From: Octopus sinensis
Taxonomy: Eukaryota
Direction: 5' to 3'
Assembly (NCBI RefSeq): GCF_006345805.1
Contig: NC_043000.1
Coordinates: forward strand, 107,322,001 to 107,386,000
Length of the DNA: 64,000 nt
Shown: positions 54,985 to 64,000 of the stretch, piece by piece
Numbering within the stretch: position 1 is the first letter of the stretch
Layout of the letters: every line of letters begins with the position of its first letter
The notes under the pieces: generated by a model
What the model was told of the DNA's origin: nothing
The model's input: only the letters and a program-made list of their open reading frames with translations
Database searches by the model: none
Made by a program: the position numbers and the translations under genes

Positions 54985-55610
54985 ATTCTTTTACTCTTTT
55001 ACTTGTTTCAGTCATGTGATTGTGGCCATGCTGGAGCACCGCCTTTAGTCGAGCAAATCGACCCCAGGACTTATTATTTGTAAGCCTAGTACTTATTCTA
55101 TCGGTCTCTTTTGCCGAACCGCTAAGTGACGGGGACGTAAACACACCAGCATCAGTTGTCAAGCGATGCTAGGGGGACAAACACAGATACACAAACATAC
55201 ACACACACACACTCTTTTACTCTTTTACATATGTCAGTCATTTGATTGTGGCCATGCTGGAGCACCGCATTTAGTCGAGCAAATCGACCCCAGGACTTAT
55301 TCTTTGTAAGCCTAGTACTTATTCTATCGGTCTCTTATGCCGAACTGCTGAGTTACGGGGACGTAAACACATCAGCATCGGTTGTCAAGTGATGTTGGAG
55401 AGACAAACACAGACACAAACATATACACACACATACATATCTATACATATATACGATGGGCTTCTTTCAGCTTCCGTCTACCAAATCCACTCGCAAGGCT
55501 TTGGTCGGCCCGAGCCTATAGTAGAAGACACTTGCCCAAGGTTCCACGCAGTGGCACTGAACCCGGAACCATGTGGTTTGTAAGCAAGCTACTTACCTCA
55601 CAGCCACACT
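54985..55610 (-). mobile_element. SINE family S1, full copy plus tandem 3' half
   Basis: 54985-55215 repeats the tail present at 55216-55420. Confidence 0.85.
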
Positions 55611-56295
55611 CAGTAATTTATTTCCACTAATGCGTATGCTACCTTTTCTTAGTCCAAGATCATAATGTCTGGTCTGTTAGGCGTTCATTTTACTGAGGCT
55701 TTGATTTAGAACATTTCATCAGTATTCTATCATATGAGCCAATGTATGCTCTTCACATCACTATGAATTATTTAAAATTTTTGTCCTTGGAAAAATCCTT
55801 TCTATTGATTACATCGTACAACGTTTAGGATGAAACATCACCTCTCTTATGTAAACAGTACCACAGCGACATTTTAGAACATCTGCTTATGATGCGAATG
55901 ATATCTTCAGTGTTAATTTTCCCGCTGTGCACCTGTTGTTGCGGGTAAGTTGCTCACCTGTATCCCTATCCTTGCATGAAGTCACGCACAGTTTTGTTAT
56001 TTTTGTTCTTAGTGCTGGGGTCAATTCGTTCGAATAACAACCCTCAAAGCGATGTCCCAGCATGGTCGCAGTCTAATGACTAAAACACAGAGAAGATTAT
56101 ATCTATATATATATATATATATATATATACACAACACACACACACACACCACATATATATATATATACACAATACAAACACACACACATATGTGTTTCAA
56201 CAACGTCTGTTTCAACACACGATTATAAATGAAGTATCTTGCAAAACAATATATAAACGTATATATATATATATATATTATATATATATATATAT

Positions 56296-57210
56296 ACTAG
56301 CATTATGACCCGGCGTTGCCGGGTCATAGTGCTAGTGCATTTATATATGTGTACATATTACATGTACATCTATATCTATATATACATCTACACATAAAAT
56401 ACAAAATACTAAGTTATATCTTGATATTGCTAGTGATAACAATACTCAAAATATATAACAGACTGGAATTGTAGGCCCGTCTCTTGCAATTTCGATCAAT
56501 TGTATCTTGTCCTCCCTCTTGTATAGAAGTGTGGCTACAATCCAGCCTACCTCTACATCTGGGGGGACATTTTTGATTTTTATCCGGGACGTCCTACGTC
56601 CCAGATATAGAGGTAAATATAAAATATTTCCACTTTGCAAGGTTCGAGTCGAGTACTCCTTTGCACGCTCCGTTGACTCGAACCTTGCTTCTATTGTGGT
56701 GAATTTACCTCCTCTGGTTAGATACTTGATATCTTTCATAGTCGTACCAAGACACTTTTCGATGGTGCTTTCCTCCAGGTGTTCGAATCTTTTTTTTCTC
56801 TACATTGTATACATTATAGACAATAGTCTTTTCTTTAATTTAATTTTCTATTTCGTTTAGTGTTGTTATCCTACTTTAGTTTGATTTTAATTATTACTTA
56901 CTACATATAATTCAATTGTTATTATTATCTCTAATTTTTATTGTTAAAGTGAAAGTATCTGGTATAAAATATAGAATTGTTTTTGTTTCACTTTTAACAC
57001 GTAATACTGAAATAGTGGAGAAGATACGATATTGATATGGGCTCGCCCAGGCAAGAAGTTGAACATTTCTTTTGCCCATGAGACTACATGGACCCCAAGT
57101 AAGGCATGTGTTAAATTTGAATGAAATTGGTTGTGTAGTTCTCAAGTTTTAGGGAAACACACAGACAGATAGACAGACAGACAGACACACATTCTCAGTT
57201 TTATATATAT
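56296..57210 (+). mobile_element. Helitron/Helentron-like element, family G copy 2
   Basis: Terminal palindrome CTAGCATTATGACCCGGC-GTT-GCCGGGTCATAGTGCTAG; same 3' end as 5792-6696. Confidence 0.6.
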
Positions 57211-58035
57211 ACTAGCATTATGACCGTCGTTGCCGGGTCATAGTGCTAGTGCATGTATATATGTGTATATATATGTGTACATATTACATGTACATCTATA
57301 TATATACATCTACACATAAAATACAAAATACAAAGTTATATATTGATATCGCTAGTGATAACAATACTCAAAATATATAACAGACTGGAATTATAGGCTC
57401 GTCTCTTGCAATTTCGATCAATTGTATCGTGTCCTCCCTCTTGTTTAGAAGTGTGGTTACAATTCAGTCTACCTCTACTTCTGGGGGGACATTTAAAATT
57501 TTTTTCCTGGACGTCCTACGTCCCAGATATAAAGGTAAAAGTAAAATATTTCCACTTTGCGAGGTTCGAGTAGAGTACTCCCTTGCACGCTCCGTTGACT
57601 CGAACCTTGCTTCTATTTTGGCGAATTTACCGCCTCTGGTTAGATACTTTTCATAGTCGCACCAAGACACTTTTCGATGGTGCTTTCCTCCAAGTGTTCA
57701 AATCTTTTTCTTCTCTATATTGTATACTTTTTAGACAATAGTCTTTTCTTTAATTCCCTTTTTTCTATTTCGTTTGGTGGTGTTATCCTAGATTCACCGT
57801 CTTTGTCAGTGATCAATCCGTATTTCTTCCATTTTAATTTCAATGAGTTCGCGCCTGCCGACGGCTGCAGCGAAATTCATTTTTGGACTTTCTTCTATCG
57901 AAGGCATTCTAACAAAAATGCTTCCGTGTAAACGGTGAAAATATCGTCAATTTGAATGAAATTGGTTGTGTAGTTCTCAAGTTTTAGGGAAACACACAGA
58001 CAGACAGACAGACACACATTCTCAGTTTTATATAT
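57211..58035 (+). mobile_element. Helitron/Helentron-like element, family G copy 3 (head-to-tail with copy 2)
   Basis: Starts immediately after copy 2; longer captured coding-like fragment, shorter 3' arm. Confidence 0.6.
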
Positions 58036-58272
58036 ATATTAATAAATATCAGGGTAGGAAAAATTTTAGAAATTTTTACTACTAGTGGCCTAACAATAGA
58101 CTATATATTATTCATATAAATGCAGTCTACATTTAAACACATAAGAGATGGCTATAATAGGACAGGAGAAAGATGGTAAATGTTTTTATCTTTCATTCCC
58201 TTTCGAAATTACCCCTAATTATGGTTTAGATTTTAAACTACGCCTTCTAGCGTGTTAGATGTCCTATTATGA

Positions 58273-59280
58273 CCAAGGAATCTAATGCTCTTAGCTTAGT
58301 TTTACCTTGGGGTTGGCCAGATTGGAGCAATCTCGAGTATAACCAGCTGAAATTGCAAAGATAATCTGGAAATCGACTGAGGAAAGAAAACTCCGAATGG
58401 CCCGTTCTTGTTTTCTTTGTATCGTCTATCTGGATGTTTTCTTGTCCCTTTTTTGTATCACCTAACTGTCTGGATATTTTTTTTCTTGTCCAATTTTGTT
58501 TTATATATATATATAGAGGCGTACGTACACCTTGGTCTCTTATATGTAAGTATATATTCATCTATATATTGTCGGACTCAATTCTTTTATTATTTCCTTT
58601 TTTCTATCAGCCCTTTCACGCTTACTTCATTCATTCCACTCTTCGTTCTTTCGTTCCCTCCTCTCTCACATTTCCTTGACTTCTCTTCATGCTCACTTTC
58701 CCTCCTCTTTTCACTTCACTGTGTCCTTGTCATTTTTTCTCGCTCCTCCATATTTCTTCTGGCCCTCTGCCTCTACCTCTCTCTCTCTCTCTTCTCTCCC
58801 CACGTGACTGGTGTTCGGCCAAACCTGACCTTTCTTTCTTGGTTCGTCCGTCGTCCGTGCAATATCCATATTCTTCCCTGTGCCTGTGAAAACTTGTATC
58901 CCTGCCGCAAGGCTTTACTTCCCCACACACCAGCTTAATTTAATTCGTCCTTAGTCGAAAGACACCTGTTGTTATGTCTTATTATTTGTATTTGTGTAAC
59001 ATTCTCCGTTTTTTCCGTCCTTGTTTTCGTATACATTCGCTGCTTTCTTCCAAGGAATCTAATGCTCTTAGCTTAGGTTTACCTTGGGGCTGGCCAGATT
59101 GGAGCAATCTCGAGTATAACCAGCCGAAATTGCGAAGATAATCTGGAATTCGACTGAGGAAAGAAAACTCCGAATGACCCGTACTTATTTTCTTTGTATC
59201 ATCTATCTGAATGTTTTGTTGTCCCTTTTTTGTATCAACTAACTGTCCGAATGTTTCTTCTGCGTTTTTGTCCTTTTTGT

Positions 59281-59329
<49 letters not shown>

Positions 59330-59345
59330 GCGGCGTACATACACC
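58273..59345 (+). repeat. Repeat family E, partial tandem duplication
   Basis: CCAAGGAATCTAATGCTCTTAGC.. at 58273 and 59050; the 58640-58940 part resembles 1035-1325. Confidence 0.75.
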
Positions 59346-59347
59346 TT

Positions 59348-59402
<55 letters not shown>

Positions 59403-59467
59403 CTATATATACATATATATTCATAAGACATACATATAGACATACATAATATATACATACATACATA

Positions 59468-59523
<56 letters not shown>

Positions 59524-60161
59524 ATTATTATATATATATATATATATATATACGTAGATAAATATATTTATATGTGTTTGAGTGTGTGTGCGCGTTGATT
59601 ATTGGAATTCTTTCTGTAAGGAAAGTGCTAGTTTCTGACGATACAAAGCCTCCATCGATGGAATTTGAATGCAGAAAACGATAAGCGTTACATTTTCAGC
59701 CTAAGAAAAGTCTAAGCATATTTTTACTATTTCGCTTACAAATAATATTTGCAAACTACATGGTTGTTTCACAATTTCTTTGTCTGGAAAAAAATCTAAC
59801 TTTTTGAGATTTTTCACTTAGACAAAATCATCGCCTCATTGACTATGAAAGGAATGTTCATTTCTGCTGCACAGCTAACCTCTGTGACTGCATATAATTT
59901 TTCAAGTATTGTGCCAAGTATTGTGCCAACCAATGATTATATCAGATCTTTGTGTTTGTCTTTATATTTTAGTAGTTTCAGTCATTGGACTGCAGCTATA
60001 CTGGGGCATCGCTTGAAGGGTTTTCACTCCAAGAAATCGAACCAGAACTCGTTTAACACATATATCGTTCTCTTTTGCCCAATCGCTAAGTTTCGAGGAC
60101 CTAAACAGACCAACGCTAATTTTCAAATGGGTGGTGAGAACAAAACAGTCACACATATATG

Positions 60162-60202
<41 letters not shown>

Positions 60203-60295
60203 TAGGGAGAATTCACGAAAAAAAACAAAAGACGAAGACAGGTGGTGTAGAAAACAAACAGATGTATTAGTATAACACTCGGGAATTGAAAACGT

Positions 60296-60332
60296 CTTTA
60301 ACGTTTCGAGCCTACGCTCTTCCACCGAAAAG
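60296..60332 (-). ncRNA. Decayed hammerhead-like motif (family D)
   Basis: Minus strand CTTTT-CGGTGGA-A-GAGC-GTAG-GCTC-GAAAC-GTT-AAAG. Confidence 0.4.
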
Positions 60333-60375
60333 AACACAGAAAGAAACAAGGAGAAAAACAAGGTGGCTACCGATC

Positions 60376-60407
<32 letters not shown>

Positions 60408-61671
60408 GATGCAACCTTAAAACATTTATTGGATGGCCCTTGACGTGTGTCTAATAAACACCCTCCTCACCAAGCAAGCTTGGTGGGGTTGCCGGTCTAG
60501 TCGCCGACGACCCGACCATGCAACAGGTTGTACTGGGTTACATGTTACCAGGAGCACTCGAATGGCCACACTAGATAACGAGAGGGCAGCCATAATTTTT
60601 AAATAATGTATGTATGTATATAATCTAATACAAGGAAACAAGCTCCTCTAATGGGGATGGAAACATCCAATTTTCACTGGTTTAACTGGTTTAATACCCA
60701 ATATAGTAGAAAATTTTCTACAATACAATATACAATATACAATATACGAATAATAAAATGAAAATGAAGAGTTCCAACAGACATATGTTAATTTATTAAC
60801 ATAATATTATATAATTATTATAATATGAATATAAATATTAATAATCCCTACAATTGTTTCGAGTCAAGCCCAAAACCAATAACAAATTTATAAAAATTCA
60901 TATTTTTGGAAATATTTTGAGAAAAAATCTCGTCTACGCATTTGAAGCTTGATATCCTAAAACAGACTGAACTAATCAATATATGTTTATGTTTGAAAGT
61001 GTGAGCGTCAATAACTTTATTTAAAAAAATAAAGATAAATATAAAACTAATATAACGGTTATAAAAATATCTGCGTGTGTATTTGACAATTTTAATTCAA
61101 GCAGAAATAATACGCATGAATCTATTTTGGAGCAGTAAATATTGAATTTCACTTCTATACTATTAAGAAAAACATACACCTTACATCAAAACCTGATTAG
61201 AAAAATATATTTTATCCTCTACAAACCGATACTAAATAACACTAAAAGGGTACAATAAATTATACTATAATCATTATTTACTATTATCTATACTAATGTG
61301 TACGTAAAATAATTAAATCAGAATTTACGTTGGTTTTTACTATTTCTATTTTAAAGGAAATAAGCTATAACCTCATGTAAACTTATGTTTTTATATTTAT
61401 GTGTACGTATCTATACGTTCGAAAACCCCGCCAGAAAAAAACTGCATATAGATCTTATAATAGAAATTTACTAAACATATTTTAAAAAACCCCGTTATTT
61501 ACTAGTTATAAACTTATTGCAAATCTGTTTATATAAATACAATAAAATAAATGTATCTGTATATGTACTAAATCATATATTTAAGATAAATGCGTTTAAG
61601 ATAAAATTTAGTAGCAGTTATTTGTGATATTTTTGTGATGTTTTTTGTATATATATACTTATAATCACACG

Positions 61672-61735
<64 letters not shown>

Positions 61736-61854
61736 GTGTGTGGTGAATAAACTGCCGCTGAAATTATCGAAAAATGAAAATAGCACTGACATCTCATTTT
61801 AACAGATATATTTACCAAAATTACATAAGATTATCTTGAAATACAAAAGAGAAA

Positions 61855-62520
61855 ATTTATTCAACCACGGTCTCCAGACGATTTAGGAATCTCCTGGACG
61901 GTCTCCTTGTTTAAGTTGGTGAATTCTGCCATAATCCATGCTTTCAGTTCATCTTTGTTGTTATAGGGAGTTTTGTTGGCCTCTCGCTCAACTACATCAC
62001 ACACATAATAATGAAAGGAATTGCAGTCTGGGGAGTTAGGTGGCCAGATGATAAGGGGTGATGTAGTCACAGAAGTCTGACAGCCATGACTGTGTTCTCC
62101 TGCGTGTGTGGTATGGTGTAGAGTCCTGTTGCCAGACAGAGGGTCTTCTAGCAGCCACCCTCTTGACTCAGGGCAGCACTACGTCCTCCAGGCACTTGAT
62201 ATAGCCCTCCGTGTTCAGTCTGAGGCCGTGTGGGAAGATGAATGGAGGCATAACGTCGCCATCATGTGTGATCACTCCAAACATCATGATGTTGACTGGA
62301 TGTTTGATTTTTTATCATACTCGGTACATGTCCTCAAATTGCACTGTCCTCAGATTTACAACCAAACACTCTGAAATGTCTGTATTGGAGCTTCGGGCGC
62401 GAATGCCAAGCCATACAGCATGTCGTTTTCAAATTTCTGGCAGGATGAATTGCACCATGGTATTGTTTTTCGCACAGACGGTGCCCAACTGACCCTACCA
62501 TATTGTGTAGTCGACAAAAT
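61855..62520 (-). pseudogene. Tc1/mariner transposase remnant
   Basis: IWPPNSPDCNSFHYYVCDVVEREAN motif and upstream broken fragments. Confidence 0.7.
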
Positions 62521-63125
62521 CAAAAACAAACAATGCGCATTCGAGAAATAAAAAGTATAAAATGGTGACAACTCAACAATTCCTCCATTGCCCACTTTAC
62601 AAACACACACACACACACACACACACATGCATTTTAATTGTATTGTTTTTACGTCCTGTTTTTGTCACATTTTTTTCCTTGTTTTTACCCCTCTGCAAAG
62701 GAATTTTATTTAATTCTTTCGCAGGAAAGACTAGTTCGACGAGACGTGTTCTGTCCTCACCTTCGAAACACGCTGGAGTTGAACTAGGGACAGCTGATGA
62801 AGGGGATTTTTCCTTGTGTAGTTGTCTTGTACTCTGTTTTTTCGTTGTTAAAAAAATGGTCCGTTCCATGCTGTTTTTACTTTTTCGTTTCTCGTTGAGT
62901 TCTATGTCTATTTGTGGTGTCCTGTACACACGTATATATATATTTATATATGCATGTATATATACATGTAGATGTAGGTACGTACATATATGTTTGTATG
63001 TATGCATATATTTTATTTATTACACTATTGTATGACTGAGCGCCCTCGCGTAGATTCGATTCGATTCATTTCGTTTCGTTTCGTTTCTTCTTCTCTAAGC
63101 TGTTTATATAGATAATATATAATAT

Positions 63126-63175
<50 letters not shown>

Positions 63176-63743
63176 TATATATATATATATATATATATTA
63201 TATATGTATACATGTATATAGATATACATATATGTATATATATACATGTATGTATATATATATATACATATACAAATATGTTATGTATATCTGTATATAA
63301 TATATATTATATATATATTATGTATGTATATATATACATACATACATGCATATATATAATATATTATATATATATATATATTAATTAAGGGTAGAAATTG
63401 ATATTTTATCAATTAAGACCGGTGGTCTAGCATGTATGATATATTTGTATGCATAATATATATGTAAGTATGCATAATGTATATATATATATATATACTA
63501 TTAAATTAAATTAGAGATAAAAACACTATTAGGCAAATCCAAACAATGGAAAACATAAAAACCAAACATAAAACTAAAAATAATGAATTGAATTTAAATT
63601 ATTGTATTCGAATTAGGTTATGGCCATGAAACGTACGTAGTCGTTTTACTTATCTTATAATAAACTTTTTATACTTTTTTCATAGTTATATATAAATTTA
63701 AAAAAAATTATAGTATAAATATAATATAAATATAAATAATTAC

Positions 63744-63807
63744 CCATGTACTAATTAGTTTCGACTGTTATTTTCCGCAAGGAAAACTGCAGCCATCATC
63801 AGCATGG
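63744..63807 (-). ncRNA. Type I hammerhead ribozyme (inverted partner)
   Basis: CCATG-CTGATGA-T-GGCTG..CAGTC-GAAAC-TAATTA-GTA-CATGG on the minus strand. Confidence 0.85.
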
Positions 63808-63897
63808 TCCGTTATAAATGCAATTTGCTGGACTAGATGCAAACACGATACCGAAATATCGCGTGCATGGAGTCCAGCAAATTGCATTTATAACGGA

Positions 63898-63961
63898 CCA
63901 TGCTGATGATGGCTGCAGTTTTTCCTGCGGAAAATAACAGTCGAAACTAATTAGTACATGG
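63898..63961 (+). ncRNA. Type I hammerhead ribozyme with intact core
   Basis: CCATG-CTGATGA-T-GGCTG-CAGTTTTTCC-TGC-GGAAAATAA-CAGTC-GAAAC-TAATTA-GTA-CATGG: 5-bp helix I, extended helix II, palindromic ACTAATTAGT helix III, GUA site. Confidence 0.85.
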
Positions 63962-64000
63962 GTAATTATTTTTTCGTATATTTTTCACTTGTTTATTGCT

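Noticed and set aside
59630-59695. CTGACGA..GAAAACG hammerhead candidate
   Set aside because: Mismatches in all three helices; compatible with chance.
60850-60945. Minus-strand GAAAC-AATT-GTA half motif
   Set aside because: Upstream core is too degenerate (GTAGACGA) to call, though it may be an old relic.

Overview
AT-rich, repeat-saturated animal genomic DNA; the SINE families and repeat landscape point to an octopus (inference from repeat content only). I can support no host protein-coding exon, rRNA, true tRNA or CRISPR array, and most ORFs in the track are translations of (TA)n/(TATG)n microsatellites. The window holds nested mobile DNA: a decayed hAT element, a split Tc1 element, two mariner remnants, CR1 and RTE LINE fragments, four tRNA-headed SINE families, foldback/MITE elements (two carrying TTAGGG-like repeats) and Helitron-like non-autonomous elements. 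The main result is a dense set of type I hammerhead ribozyme (HHR) motifs: six copies with intact cores and plausible folds in four unrelated sequence contexts, plus about ten variant or decayed copies. Most have a self-complementary helix III, sit in short non-coding units next to (TA)n tracts, and several occur in tandem or inverted duplications. This is the hallmark of non-autonomous Penelope-like / retrozyme elements. One subfamily consistently has U instead of A at core position 6. All folds were done by eye; no cleavage activity is demonstrated.
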